From IMG/VR virus record IMGVR_UViG_3300032287_004484, positions 124,001-188,000 of that record: a DNA stretch of 64,000 bases. One strand, given 5' to 3'. The translations under genes and the position numbers were made by a program. Shown here piece after piece: positions 28,555 through 39,863 of this stretch (positions are counted from its first letter, which is position 1; the number at the start of each line of letters is the position of its first letter). The notes under the pieces were generated by a model. That model was not told the origin of the DNA, ran no database searches, and worked only from the letters and a program-made list of their open reading frames with translations.

Positions 28555-29967
28555 ATGGCTTGGAAATATAAATATGATTCACTTTCTCAATTTGTAGCTG
28601 ATTACCAATCAGCTGTTGGAATATGGACAGAATATGGAAGGATAGATTCTGTTCAAGTAACGCCTTTTACTAATCCTGCAAATGATGGATATGTAATTAT
28701 ATATGCTATACAGCCTGGATCAAAAATAAGAAATCTTAATAGATTTTCTTTTTCACTTACTCAATTTTTAAATCTTAGTTTTTCTAAGGAAATACCAGGG
28801 CTTAATTTATATTTGGGAGAAGATCCTACTGTTAGAACAGTTAATACTTGGGATCTTTTAACTACTGTTCAAAAACAATATTATCAAGATACAGCCATAA
28901 GATTAATTGCTGATAATTATTTAAGAGTTTATTGGCCACCAGAACCATTAGAAACTCTTAATCCTATTGCTCAAATTAGAATTGATAACACTATCGTTTC
29001 TCCTGCATCAACATATTCATTCCAAAGTTTCTTAAACGAGGAAAAGATTTTAAGAATTTATGTTAGAAATATTGGATTAAGTACATTACAAATATTACAA
29101 AATCCTTCATTATCTAGTAGCGTTTATTATCAGATTACCCGTCAATTAACTAAAACAACTCTCATTAAAGACGATCAAGATTATATAGATATATCACTTT
29201 ATTCTAATGTTCTTGGATTAAAAAATGTTGTTTTGACTTTTAGAACTAATGATCCTGCAAGACCAATTTTTTCTTTTGAATTAAGTTCCATTGTAGAGCT
29301 TAATATTTCAAGTCTTGCACCTCAAATTTCTCTTACTACTGCTGAAGATATTAGTAAAGTAGAAAATGGAGATCAAATTAGTCTTGTTGATTTTATAATT
29401 AGTACAGTTAAAACTTATAATGATATTGATTATATTGTTCTTAAAGATGCTGCTAATAATGAAATTATAAGATTTAATAGTCCTGCAGCTTCAGGCGGAA
29501 CTAATTATTATGAATGGGTTCCAAATACTCCTATTACTGCCGACACAACGATATCTGCCTTTGTCAGCGACATTAATAATAATCAAAATGTTTCAAATGT
29601 GGAAATAGATTTTATGAATCGTACTTATTGGGGATATCATCCTAATGCTACACTAACTAGCAATCAAATTAATTTCTTAGATAGTCGTTTACAACACTAC
29701 GTATCTGGAACTTATGAGTTTGGCGTTAATAATTATGCCACATCGGGTGTACCAGTATATCTTTATATTGCTTTCCCAACTAATTTAGGAGAAATACAAT
29801 ATGTAGATGATTTAGATAATGGTTTTACTTATGTTCCAACATCATTTAATATCAGTCAAATTAATTTTACTAATCAGCACAACTATACTACTTCCTATAA
29901 AGTATATCGTACGGTTAATAAAACATTTGGTAATGATTTATCTTGGCGCGTGACTATACTAGGGTAA
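28555..29967 (+). CDS. Virion structural protein with Ig-like (choice-of-anchor D/ASH-like) domain
   Basis: IYVRNIGLSTLQI...TNDPARP; first gene of the fibre operon. Confidence 0.6.
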   Translation: MAWKYKYDSLSQFVADYQSAVGIWTEYGRIDSVQVTPFTNPANDGYVIIYAIQPGSKIRNLNRFSFSLTQFLNLSFSKEIPGLNLYLGEDPTVRTVNTWDLLTTVQKQYYQDTAIRLIADNYLRVYWPPEPLETLNPIAQIRIDNTIVSPASTYSFQSFLNEEKILRIYVRNIGLSTLQILQNPSLSSSVYYQITRQLTKTTLIKDDQDYIDISLYSNVLGLKNVVLTFRTNDPARPIFSFELSSIVELNISSLAPQISLTTAEDISKVENGDQISLVDFIISTVKTYNDIDYIVLKDAANNEIIRFNSPAASGGTNYYEWVPNTPITADTTISAFVSDINNNQNVSNVEIDFMNRTYWGYHPNATLTSNQINFLDSRLQHYVSGTYEFGVNNYATSGVPVYLYIAFPTNLGEIQYVDDLDNGFTYVPTSFNISQINFTNQHNYTTSYKVYRTVNKTFGNDLSWRVTILG

Positions 29968-30018
29968 AAATTAAAAAAAATAATATATTTTAGTAGTAAG
30001 ATTTAAAAATATTTAGAT

Positions 30019-30807
30019 ATGCCAGGTATATTTGGTCTTCTAACCCCAGTTGATATTAGAGATTCTTATGCAATTTTTGACCCTAAATATCAAATCGGTG
30101 GATTTAGAGATGTAGAAACTATATCAGATCGTAACGCTATTTCAGAAGAAAGACGTAGAGCGGGGATGTTTTGTTATGTTCGTTCTGAAAACATTCTATT
30201 TATTCTTGGTGATGGCTTAACTAATTCTGATTGGGAACTTTTTGATGTTTCTGGAAACCTATCTGGATCAATTTCTTTTGAAGAAGTTAGAATCACTAGC
30301 TCATCCGGAACTATTAGCGATTCTGGAAATTTAAATGATGTAAATATTAATAATTTTTCAACTATCGGTTTTACTGATGCTGAATCAATATCTGGTTTTT
30401 ATGCTAATATAAATGATAATGGAAAATTATTATTTGTACATAATCTTGGAACGGATGTATTAACATTAAAAAATGATTCTAGTAATTCTTTAGAAGGAAA
30501 TCGTATTTTTACTGGAATCAATAACGATGTATTTATTTTACCTAAATCAGCGATGTTATTACAATATTTAACTAGTGATTTACATTGGAGAATAATAAGT
30601 GGATTAGGTAATTCAAATTTTAGTAAAACATTTAATTTTAGCAACGTTAGTTCTGTAACTATTAATCATAACCTTGGGTATTTGCCAAATATCTTTCTTT
30701 TTGATATTAGTGGAGTTGAAGCTTTTGCTCAAACAAGTTATGTCAATGATAATCAATTAATTTTAACTTTCAATAAAAATGAAAGTGGATATGTAATATT
30801 AAAATAA
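30019..30807 (+). CDS. Tail fibre/adaptor protein
   Basis: GGFRDV...RNAISEERRRAGMFCYV motif, shared GK..HN...NRI...LQY...WR domain, HNLGYLP C-terminus. Confidence 0.65.
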   Translation: MPGIFGLLTPVDIRDSYAIFDPKYQIGGFRDVETISDRNAISEERRRAGMFCYVRSENILFILGDGLTNSDWELFDVSGNLSGSISFEEVRITSSSGTISDSGNLNDVNINNFSTIGFTDAESISGFYANINDNGKLLFVHNLGTDVLTLKNDSSNSLEGNRIFTGINNDVFILPKSAMLLQYLTSDLHWRIISGLGNSNFSKTFNFSNVSSVTINHNLGYLPNIFLFDISGVEAFAQTSYVNDNQLILTFNKNESGYVILK

Positions 30808-30828
30808 ATTTTATAAGAGGAAAATAAA

Positions 30829-31542
30829 ATGGCGCAAAAGAAATTTTTTGTTGATATTAATTTAAATAAAAATCAACTAATTAACGCTGCATTAGAAAAT
30901 ATAAGTTCTAGTGGAGTTGCATCTCCTGCAACAGGGCAAATTATCTTTGATACTGGTGATTCAAAATTAAAGTATTATACGGGATCGATTTGGCAAAGTG
31001 CTGAAACTCGTTTTGAAGGAGCTCTTCAATATAAAGGAGCTGTTGCTCATAGTGCTACTGCACCAGTAAATCCAGCAAAAGGTGATTTATATGTATTTAA
31101 TTCTGCTGGAACTGCTACTAATTTTGGCGGAACTGTAGTACAAAGTGGTGATTTTGCAATTTATAATGGATCTGGATGGGATATAATTCAAGGAAACATT
31201 GTTTCTGCTTCTGAAAGTGTTGCGGGTATCGTAGAATTAGCAACTGATGCTGAAACAATAACTGGAACAGATACTGCTAGAGCAGTTACTCCAGCAAATA
31301 TAGCAGCTTGGGCTACACAAACTGATAAAACAGTTGTTAGAAAAAGAGTTTATAGTAGTCAAACTATATCTACTACTCCTAATACTTTAACTCATGGTTT
31401 AGGAAACAGCGATGTACAAGTTCAAGTATATAATTCAAGTGGCGATATGATTGAAGTTTTAGTTACAAAAGGAAGTGGAACAATAACTTTAACAGCAAAT
31501 AGTTCAGTACCTGGTAATTGTTTAGTAGTAATATCCGGTTAA
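30829..31542 (+). CDS. Tail fibre protein
   Basis: ASESVAGIVELATDAETITGTDTARAVTP fibre repeat; THGLG C-terminus; GAGG RBS. Confidence 0.75.
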   Translation: MAQKKFFVDINLNKNQLINAALENISSSGVASPATGQIIFDTGDSKLKYYTGSIWQSAETRFEGALQYKGAVAHSATAPVNPAKGDLYVFNSAGTATNFGGTVVQSGDFAIYNGSGWDIIQGNIVSASESVAGIVELATDAETITGTDTARAVTPANIAAWATQTDKTVVRKRVYSSQTISTTPNTLTHGLGNSDVQVQVYNSSGDMIEVLVTKGSGTITLTANSSVPGNCLVVISG

Positions 31543-31552
31543 TTTTAATTAA

Positions 31553-34195
31553 ATGATTAGATATACAAATCTAGATCTTTATGGACATTTAGCCCTTGAA
31601 TTAGGAGCAGATAATTCAGGTAGTAGTGATTTAACAAATGTCGATACTAGTGATGTATCATTTTTAAGATTTACTGGAACTAATCCTATCGTTTATGGTT
31701 TAAATCCAGGTAATAATGAAAATAATAATAAAATTTTAATTATTACTTTTATTGGTACTGGAACTTTAACCTTTAAACATCTATCTAATCAAAATACTTC
31801 AGATAACTTTAGAATTAAAACTCCTAATGGAGAAGATTATATTGTTCCAATTAATTACGGATCAATTTTAATTTATGATTCTTATGATAACTTTTGGCAT
31901 ATAGTAGGTGAGGCAAAATTAGCAGCTGGTTCTAATGGACAAATTCAATTTAATAATGGTGGATCTCTTAAGGGTAATTCTAATTTAACTTGGGATGCTA
32001 ATAATAATATTCTTAATGTTAGTGGAACTACGTATTCAACAGCTCTTTTTGACAATGGAAAAAGAGTAGCAACTCTAACTGGAACTGAAACCCTTTCTAA
32101 TAAAACTTTAGTATCTCCTGCTATTACAGGAACTCTGACTTTTGGTGAAATTCCATTTTATCAATATGGACATCATGGACTAAGTATATTTGAAGATGTT
32201 GATCTTTCTCAATCTCCTCTTCAAACGGTTTATAATTTTGGAACTCCAGATAGTGAAAAAAGCTCTGTTTTATCCTTATCAGTAAAAGATGAATATAAAG
32301 CTTTTATAGGAACATCAGGCTATAATTCAACAAATACGATAACTATAGGATCAACATCTAATTATTCTACTTTTCAAATAAGAAAAGGAACTTCAGTTGG
32401 ACCAGTAGATCTTGTAAGTGGTGGAACATCACTATTAGTTTTAAATTATTTAGGACAATTAATATTACCAACTAATATACAATCTACATCGCCAACAACA
32501 GGAACTCTTATAGTTAATGGTGGAGCAGGAATCGCTGGTCAACTATCTTTAAACGATAATTTCAATTTATTACAAGCTAAAACCTTAAGATTTTATGATA
32601 CTGATTCATCTAATTACGTAGGAATTAAAAGTCCAAGCACAATAAATTCAAATTATACACTAACATTGCCTAGTACTGATGGAACTAATGGACAAACATT
32701 AATTACTAATGGTAGTGGAACACTTACTTTTGGAACTATTGACCTAACTCATAATAATCTTTTATCTCTTCAAGGTGGTGGAGGTGGTAATTATTATCAT
32801 TCTAATCAACCTATTAATACTACAGATCCAGTTCAGTTCGGAGGTATTGAATCAACAAAAGAATTTAAACTAAGTGGTGATTCAACAGTTACTACTAGTG
32901 GTTCAATTACATCTTTAACTACAGCAGATATATCTACTATTAGATATAATTCAACTTCTCAGGGAACTCTTCATGGTTTAGCTGATGGTGTAGATGGAAA
33001 AATAGTAATCATAAATAATATTAACACTGGAAAATTATTAATTGCATCAGATAGTGGAGTAGAAACTACTGCTTCTAATCGTATTTTAACTGAGGGAGAT
33101 GTTAATCTTAGTTTAAAATATAAATCATCTATTATTCTTCAATACGATAGTACATCATCTCGATGGAGAGTCGTTAATCGTCATGCTCATAATGATTCTA
33201 GTGAACTTCAAGGTGGTGATAATCTTAATTATTATCACTCTAATCAGCCAATTAATACCACAGATGCTGTTACTTTTAATAATTTAACAGTCGTTAATGG
33301 AGCATCTGTTACTGGAACAATTCGTTTTAATAATATTACTTATCCTAATGTTGACGGTACAAATACTCAAGTTCTAACTACGAATGGTAGTGGAACACTT
33401 TCCTTTTCTACTATTACTCATAATAATATTAATGGATTACAAGGTGGTGGAGGTGGTAATTATTATCATTCTAATCAGCCTATTAATGTTGCTAACTCAG
33501 TTCAATTTGCTGGTCTTAATATTAATGGAATATATTCTTTACCTACTACTGATGGAACTAATGGACAAGTTCCTACTACTAATGGTAGTGGAACTCTTAC
33601 TTTTCGAAATGTTTTAACAGATATAGTTCAAGATACAACTCCTCAATTAGGTGGAAACTTAGATGTTAATGGATATGATATTATTTCTACATCAAATACA
33701 AACATCGATCTTTCTCCAAATGGAACCGGAATAGTTAATGTTAATTCTAATCTTAATGTATCTGGATCTTTAACAGCAAGTAATATTAATTATCCGACAT
33801 CAGATGGTACAAATCGTCAAGTATTAGCAACAAATGGAAGTGGAACTCTTGGTTTTATTACTCTTAATTCATTATATGATTTTGGAAATATATCTTCTTC
33901 TTCATCAATTAATTTAACTAATGTAAATTCACTATCTAAATTTACTCATACAAATGCTAGTTCATCTGTAATAACACTAACTAATGGAATAGTTGGTAAA
34001 ACATATAAAATAATTGGTAATTCAAATGGGGTTCAATATTCTTTTACCTCTAGTGGTGTAATTAAATGGCCAACAGGAATAACACCGATTATATCAGCTA
34101 ATGGAAAAAGTGATTTATTTGTATTTGAGTGTACTGGAACTAATAAATATTTAGGCTACTATTTTTATAATTATGATAGTACGGGTTTATTTTAA
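31553..34195 (+). CDS. Long tail fibre protein
   Basis: DGTNGQxLxTNGSGTLxF repeats, three HN..LQGG..YYHSNQP repeats, DTTPQLGGNLDVNG. Confidence 0.85.
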   Translation: MIRYTNLDLYGHLALELGADNSGSSDLTNVDTSDVSFLRFTGTNPIVYGLNPGNNENNNKILIITFIGTGTLTFKHLSNQNTSDNFRIKTPNGEDYIVPINYGSILIYDSYDNFWHIVGEAKLAAGSNGQIQFNNGGSLKGNSNLTWDANNNILNVSGTTYSTALFDNGKRVATLTGTETLSNKTLVSPAITGTLTFGEIPFYQYGHHGLSIFEDVDLSQSPLQTVYNFGTPDSEKSSVLSLSVKDEYKAFIGTSGYNSTNTITIGSTSNYSTFQIRKGTSVGPVDLVSGGTSLLVLNYLGQLILPTNIQSTSPTTGTLIVNGGAGIAGQLSLNDNFNLLQAKTLRFYDTDSSNYVGIKSPSTINSNYTLTLPSTDGTNGQTLITNGSGTLTFGTIDLTHNNLLSLQGGGGGNYYHSNQPINTTDPVQFGGIESTKEFKLSGDSTVTTSGSITSLTTADISTIRYNSTSQGTLHGLADGVDGKIVIINNINTGKLLIASDSGVETTASNRILTEGDVNLSLKYKSSIILQYDSTSSRWRVVNRHAHNDSSELQGGDNLNYYHSNQPINTTDAVTFNNLTVVNGASVTGTIRFNNITYPNVDGTNTQVLTTNGSGTLSFSTITHNNINGLQGGGGGNYYHSNQPINVANSVQFAGLNINGIYSLPTTDGTNGQVPTTNGSGTLTFRNVLTDIVQDTTPQLGGNLDVNGYDIISTSNTNIDLSPNGTGIVNVNSNLNVSGSLTASNINYPTSDGTNRQVLATNGSGTLGFITLNSLYDFGNISSSSSINLTNVNSLSKFTHTNASSSVITLTNGIVGKTYKIIGNSNGVQYSFTSSGVIKWPTGITPIISANGKSDLFVFECTGTNKYLGYYFYNYDSTGLF

Positions 34196-34241
34196 AATTA
34201 TTTTATATCATGTATAGAAATATAATTATAAAGAGAAAAAA

Positions 34242-37200
34242 ATGATATTTGATGTACCAAGAATAACTACAAGTTTAAGAGATTCCATAACTCCTGTAAA
34301 TTCATCAGTTATTTATAATACTGATAATAATCGTTATGAATATTATAATGGTACATCTTGGAAATCTTTTGGCGAAGGTGGAGTAATATCCTTTAATACG
34401 AGAACAGGAGAAGTAACTCTCCTTGATTCTGATATCGCTTCATTAGGTGATTTTACTATTAGCGGAACAGTAACTATCAATAATGATATCATACTTGGTC
34501 CACAAGCACTTAAAATTTCTACTGCTTCTATTGATCCAAATGTAAGTGGAGTATCAGCAAATGTTGGATCTATAATTTTAAGAAATGATGGTTCTATCTG
34601 GCAAAAATTAGATACTGGTAATACTGATTGGAGTCAAGTTCAAACGTCTGAATTCACTAATGAACCAACTGGTTTTCCTATTAACCCAATAACTGGTGAA
34701 ATAGATAGAACTTCATCAACTATTTCTTTTTCTGATATTGATAGAACTTTTTCAATAGGTCCATCTGGATCTAGTTATATTGTTTTACTTCAAGGTAGAC
34801 AGTATCGTAAAACAACAACAGAATCCCTTCAAATATCCACTGCTGAAGGTTTACATTATATTTATTTTAATACTAATGGCAGTTTAACAGAAACTACATC
34901 TTTTTCATTAGATTTAATTTTACACTATGCTATCATTGCTATAGTTTATTGGGATTCAACAAATAATAAAGCAATTTTATTTGGTGATGAACGACATGGT
35001 TGTACTATGGATTCTCATACTCATGCTAGAATTCATGCCGATAGTGGTGCTGTATACGTTTCTGGTATGTCACCTGGTAATTTTATAACTAATGGTAATG
35101 GAAATAGTGAATCTCATATAACTTTTAGTTTAACAGAAGGTAAATTAAGAGATGAGGACATTTTACATACTTTAGCTGCTAAATCAACATCTAATCCAAT
35201 ACCTATCTTTTATAAAGAAGGAACAGTCTGGAGATCTATAACTCCAAGTGCTGTAGGTGGAACTTATGCTAGAGCAATAGGTAGTTCTGGAAGTCCAGGG
35301 ATTATTGCTTATAATTATTTTGATGGAAGTTCTTGGACTAGAGTTAGTCTTACTTCTAATTATTATGTTTGTTACCATGTTATAGGTACGAACGATGTTA
35401 ATAATCCTTATATTCTTTTAATGGGAAATAATGAATATAATACTGCTCCATCTGCTAGTGCTGGATCAATTGTTGAAATCAGTACTTTTACTGGTTTACC
35501 ATTTGCTGAATTAGTATTAGTAGCAACATTTTTATTTAAATATTCTACAGGTAATACTAATTCGTTAAAAGCTAAATTAGTTCCTACTAACGCTACTGAT
35601 TATGAAGATTGGAGATACGCTAAAACTCTTAATCCTACAACAGCCGCTATTAATGATCATAATAATTTAGGTGGTATTTACGGTGGTTATCCATTTTATC
35701 ACTCAGATCAACCAATAGGTATTGAAGATTCACCTACTTTTAGTGGTTTAACGGTAAATGGTAATTTATATGTTTCTGGAACAACTACAACTATTAATAC
35801 TTTAAATTTACAAGTAAAAGATAAAAACATAGAATTAGCAATAAGTGATTCACCATCAGATGCTATTGCTGATGGTGGTGGAATTACATTAAAAGGAACT
35901 ACTGATAAAACTCTTAATTGGGTTGATTTTACTGATTCTTGGACTAGTTCTGAACATATAGATTTAGCATCTAATAAAGTTTATAAAATTGCTGGCGCTA
36001 CTGTATTAAGCGCTACTCAAGTTTTAGGTAAAAATGTACCAACTGGTGATATTGTAGGAACTACTGATACTCAAAATATTTCTAATAAAACAATAGATGG
36101 ATTTATTCTTAATGGCGATATAAATTCTACTTTATATGCTAGTGATGTAGATTTAATTGATAATAATTCTAGTGCTATTAGTTTTGATACATCTGGAAAA
36201 ACAGGAATTTTAGAAATAGAAACTACTAATAATTCTGAACAAGTTAAAATGAGTGGTGGACTATCGGTAACTGGAACATCTACTCTTAAAAATGTGACAG
36301 CATCAGGAACTATTACTTTAAATGGACTAACTTATCCTGTTAGTGGTGGAACTAATGGACAAGTATTAACTACTAATGGAAGTGGAAATCTTTCATTTAG
36401 CACTATTACTCAAAATCATAATCAATTAACTAATATTCAAGGTGGTGATGGTACTAATTTTTATCATTCTAATCAACCTATAAATACAACTAGTAATGTT
36501 TCTTTTAATAATTTATCAGTTGTTAGTGGAGTCAACGCTACTGGAAGTATTAAACTTAATAATATCTTTTATCCAATTTCTGATGGAACTAATGGACAAT
36601 TATTAAAAACAGATGGAAGTGGTAATTTAAGTTTTATGACTCTACCAGGTGCTACAGCATCTGTATTAGATACATATTTAAATTCACAAAAAGCAACAAT
36701 TGCTACTGGTGCTACTAGAACAATACAGACAATATTTACAGAAACAATAACCGGCATTTATCACTTTTGGAGTTCAGATGACCCAAGAATCAAAGGAACA
36801 GTTACAGTTAAATCAACTGATATATCAAATTCAACTTTAGAAACTTTTTCATCATTTATAACTGGTTTACAAAATAATCCTCTCACTTTAAATGTATATT
36901 CATCAGGAGGAAGTATTGTATTTCAAAATAATACAACTTCTTCAATCGTTTTAGTTATAAGAAGAGAAACAACTCCTGCTATTGGCGGTTCTACTGGATT
37001 AACTACTCTTACAATTGGAACTGGATTAACAGGAGGATCATATAATGGAACATCTCCTATAACTATAGGGATAGATTCAAGTGTTGTTACTCTGTCTGGA
37101 TCACAAGAATTAACTAATAAAACTTTAACATCTCCTATTATTACATCGCCAACTATTAGTGGTAATATAAGATTAGGTACAAATACTTTTAGTAAAACAA

Positions 37201-37853
37201 CTGGTTCGGGAGATGTTAGTTTTGATAATGGAACTACTGATACTCCTGGGGCTTTATTTTATTTTGCTAATAACAGTAATTTTGGAATTGATAGTTATAA
37301 TAATGGTTCTGTCCAAGTTTTAAGATTTGTAAAAAATTTAAATGAAGCAGGTGGGGCTGTATTAGGTTATTTTGATCCTAATGGCAATTTAGTTACAAAT
37401 GGTTTTTTAAATCCATTAGCATGGAAAGCAGGTCAAGTTATTCAAGATATAACTTTATCAAATACAGAAGTTACTGTAGTTAGCACTACTATCGCAACCA
37501 CTACTTCTAATGTAGATTTTATTACTTATAATTATACTCCTATTAGTTCTAGTAGTTATTTAATTGTTCATATTCACATTTCAAGATATTATATGGCAGA
37601 TGTTGCTACTGGTAATGAGGCTTGGTATTCTGTTTTAAAAGTTGCTGGTAATGAAATTGCTTATGGTTTTCAAAAAACAACGAACGCTTCTAGAACTGGA
37701 ACTTTATTCCCATTAACTGGAAGATACACTAATTCATCTACAGCATCTAAAACTATTGCGGTTGCAGCAAGAAGAGATACATCAGATGATTCATTTACAA
37801 TAGATAATTCAGCAACAGCAATTTGGTTAAGAATTACAGAGGTGGCAAGATAA
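34242..37853 (+). CDS. Long tail fibre protein (1203 aa)
   Basis: Fibre repeats, GNLYVSGTTTTIN...VKDKNIEL...ADGGGITLKG, two His-QP repeats, C-terminal tip-like domain. Confidence 0.85.
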   Translation: MIFDVPRITTSLRDSITPVNSSVIYNTDNNRYEYYNGTSWKSFGEGGVISFNTRTGEVTLLDSDIASLGDFTISGTVTINNDIILGPQALKISTASIDPNVSGVSANVGSIILRNDGSIWQKLDTGNTDWSQVQTSEFTNEPTGFPINPITGEIDRTSSTISFSDIDRTFSIGPSGSSYIVLLQGRQYRKTTTESLQISTAEGLHYIYFNTNGSLTETTSFSLDLILHYAIIAIVYWDSTNNKAILFGDERHGCTMDSHTHARIHADSGAVYVSGMSPGNFITNGNGNSESHITFSLTEGKLRDEDILHTLAAKSTSNPIPIFYKEGTVWRSITPSAVGGTYARAIGSSGSPGIIAYNYFDGSSWTRVSLTSNYYVCYHVIGTNDVNNPYILLMGNNEYNTAPSASAGSIVEISTFTGLPFAELVLVATFLFKYSTGNTNSLKAKLVPTNATDYEDWRYAKTLNPTTAAINDHNNLGGIYGGYPFYHSDQPIGIEDSPTFSGLTVNGNLYVSGTTTTINTLNLQVKDKNIELAISDSPSDAIADGGGITLKGTTDKTLNWVDFTDSWTSSEHIDLASNKVYKIAGATVLSATQVLGKNVPTGDIVGTTDTQNISNKTIDGFILNGDINSTLYASDVDLIDNNSSAISFDTSGKTGILEIETTNNSEQVKMSGGLSVTGTSTLKNVTASGTITLNGLTYPVSGGTNGQVLTTNGSGNLSFSTITQNHNQLTNIQGGDGTNFYHSNQPINTTSNVSFNNLSVVSGVNATGSIKLNNIFYPISDGTNGQLLKTDGSGNLSFMTLPGATASVLDTYLNSQKATIATGATRTIQTIFTETITGIYHFWSSDDPRIKGTVTVKSTDISNSTLETFSSFITGLQNNPLTLNVYSSGGSIVFQNNTTSSIVLVIRRETTPAIGGSTGLTTLTIGTGLTGGSYNGTSPITIGIDSSVVTLSGSQELTNKTLTSPIITSPTISGNIRLGTNTFSKTTGSGDVSFDNGTTDTPGALFYFANNSNFGIDSYNNGSVQVLRFVKNLNEAGGAVLGYFDPNGNLVTNGFLNPLAWKAGQVIQDITLSNTEVTVVSTTIATTTSNVDFITYNYTPISSSSYLIVHIHISRYYMADVATGNEAWYSVLKVAGNEIAYGFQKTTNASRTGTLFPLTGRYTNSSTASKTIAVAARRDTSDDSFTIDNSATAIWLRITEVAR

Positions 37854-37886
37854 TGATTAAAATATATATAAAGGTAAAAATATAGA

Positions 37887-39863
37887 ATGAAATTTGTAAA
37901 TTTATCATCATTATTTAGAGATTCCTCAGAGACACAAAACTTATTATCCTTAATTGATTCTAAAGGTTTTGGAATAAATTCTACTGTTATAACAACATCT
38001 GGAAATATTAATAATCTTTCTACTGATGATATTAGTTCCATTAAATTAACACAAGCAACTACTTTAACGGGTTTAGCAAATGGTGTTGATGGAAAAATAG
38101 TAATTATACATAATGCAAGTCCTAGTAATTTAACAATAGCAAATAATTCTGGATCTTCTAGTTCAGGTAATAAAATTTATACTGGATCTACATCAGATTT
38201 AACTTTATTACCTAATTCTTCTGTTTTATTACAATATGATAGCGATTCAACCATTTGGAGAGTTATTGGGATAAGTAATTCTCATAATGAATTAACAGGA
38301 AAGCAAGGTGGTGATGGTACTAATTTTTATCATTCTAATCAGCCAATAAACACTAATAGTAATGTTTCTTTTAATAATTTGACAGTTGTTAGTGGAGTCA
38401 ACGCGACTGGAAGTATTAAACTTAATAATATTACTTATCCTAGTACTGATGGAATTAGTGGACAAGCACTAATAACTAATGGATCCGGAACTTTATCTTT
38501 TACTAATGTTTCTCAAGTACATAATGATCTTACCTCAATTCAAGGTGGATCAGTTGGAAATTATTATCACTCTAATCAACCTATTAATACGACAAGTAAT
38601 GTTAGATTTAATAATTTAACGGTTGTTAGTGGAGTAAACGCAACTGGAAGTATTAAACTTAATAATATTACTTATCCAACTTCTGATGGAACCAGTGGAC
38701 AAGCTTTAGCAACTGATGGTAATGGTAATTTATATTTTACAACAGCAGGCGCTGGAACTGTTTTAGATACTTATATCACTAGTAAAGCAGTACAAATAAG
38801 CAATAATTCTACAAGTTCAGTTAATGCCCTATTTAGTGAAGTTGTATCTGGAATATATACTTTTTGGGTTAGTACTGACCCGAGAATTAAAGGTACTTTC
38901 TATTTAAATCAAAATGATATTAGCAATTCTGTGTTAGAAACAATATCTTCATCTGTATCAGGAAAACAAGATAATGCTAATTGTTTAAATGTTTACATTT
39001 CAAGTGGAAACATTATATTTCAAAATAAATTAGGTTCACAAGTAGTTGTAGCAGTAAGAAGAGAAACAAGTCCTTCTCATACTGGAGGTGGATCAGCTAT
39101 CAGTTCTGTTGCTTCTCACGCTGATTTAACAAATCTTCAAGGTGGAGATGGACAAGATTATTTTCATTCTAATCAACCTATAAATACAACTAGCACAGTA
39201 ACTTTTGCTGGAATTAATGTTCCATTAATTGAAAGTAGTGCTAGTGGAACATTGTCAAATGTAAGCACTAATAATGTAGGAGCCTTTAGATTTACTTGTG
39301 AATCTAGTACAGCGATAACTGGATTTGCTAATGGTAGTAATGGAAAATTATTATATCTTCATAACGCTAGTGCTGTAAATGTTACTTTTAAAAATAATTC
39401 AACATCATCATTATTAGCCAATAGGATTATAACTGGAAATAATGGCGATTTGATTTTAGGACCAGATAAATCGATCACTTTACAATATGATTCTTTTTCA
39501 TCTAAATGGAGAGTTTTAGGAGGAAGTGGAGGAAATAGTGGACAAAATCCTGAAACTCTTAATTTATCCAACACTAATTCAACAATTGATTTTTCAAATT
39601 ATTCTACTACTTCATTTAGAATAAAAAATCCAGCACAAATGACATTTACTAATGGAGTTAATGGAACATGGTATACATTAGCAATAGTTAGTGATGGATC
39701 TTATTCTTTCACATCTGAAACTAGATTTCCTCTTAATAACGCTCAACCAGTTCCATCTTCTGGAACTGTCGACATGTATAGTTTACATTGTATTGATACA
39801 GTTAGTGGAACCCGATATTTAGCAACATTTGCATACGATTATTCAGGAGTTATTTTACCATGA
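37887..39863 (+). CDS. Tail fibre protein
   Basis: Two shared adaptor-like domains, three His-QP repeats, DPRIKGT domain. Confidence 0.85.
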   Translation: MKFVNLSSLFRDSSETQNLLSLIDSKGFGINSTVITTSGNINNLSTDDISSIKLTQATTLTGLANGVDGKIVIIHNASPSNLTIANNSGSSSSGNKIYTGSTSDLTLLPNSSVLLQYDSDSTIWRVIGISNSHNELTGKQGGDGTNFYHSNQPINTNSNVSFNNLTVVSGVNATGSIKLNNITYPSTDGISGQALITNGSGTLSFTNVSQVHNDLTSIQGGSVGNYYHSNQPINTTSNVRFNNLTVVSGVNATGSIKLNNITYPTSDGTSGQALATDGNGNLYFTTAGAGTVLDTYITSKAVQISNNSTSSVNALFSEVVSGIYTFWVSTDPRIKGTFYLNQNDISNSVLETISSSVSGKQDNANCLNVYISSGNIIFQNKLGSQVVVAVRRETSPSHTGGGSAISSVASHADLTNLQGGDGQDYFHSNQPINTTSTVTFAGINVPLIESSASGTLSNVSTNNVGAFRFTCESSTAITGFANGSNGKLLYLHNASAVNVTFKNNSTSSLLANRIITGNNGDLILGPDKSITLQYDSFSSKWRVLGGSGGNSGQNPETLNLSNTNSTIDFSNYSTTSFRIKNPAQMTFTNGVNGTWYTLAIVSDGSYSFTSETRFPLNNAQPVPSSGTVDMYSLHCIDTVSGTRYLATFAYDYSGVILP

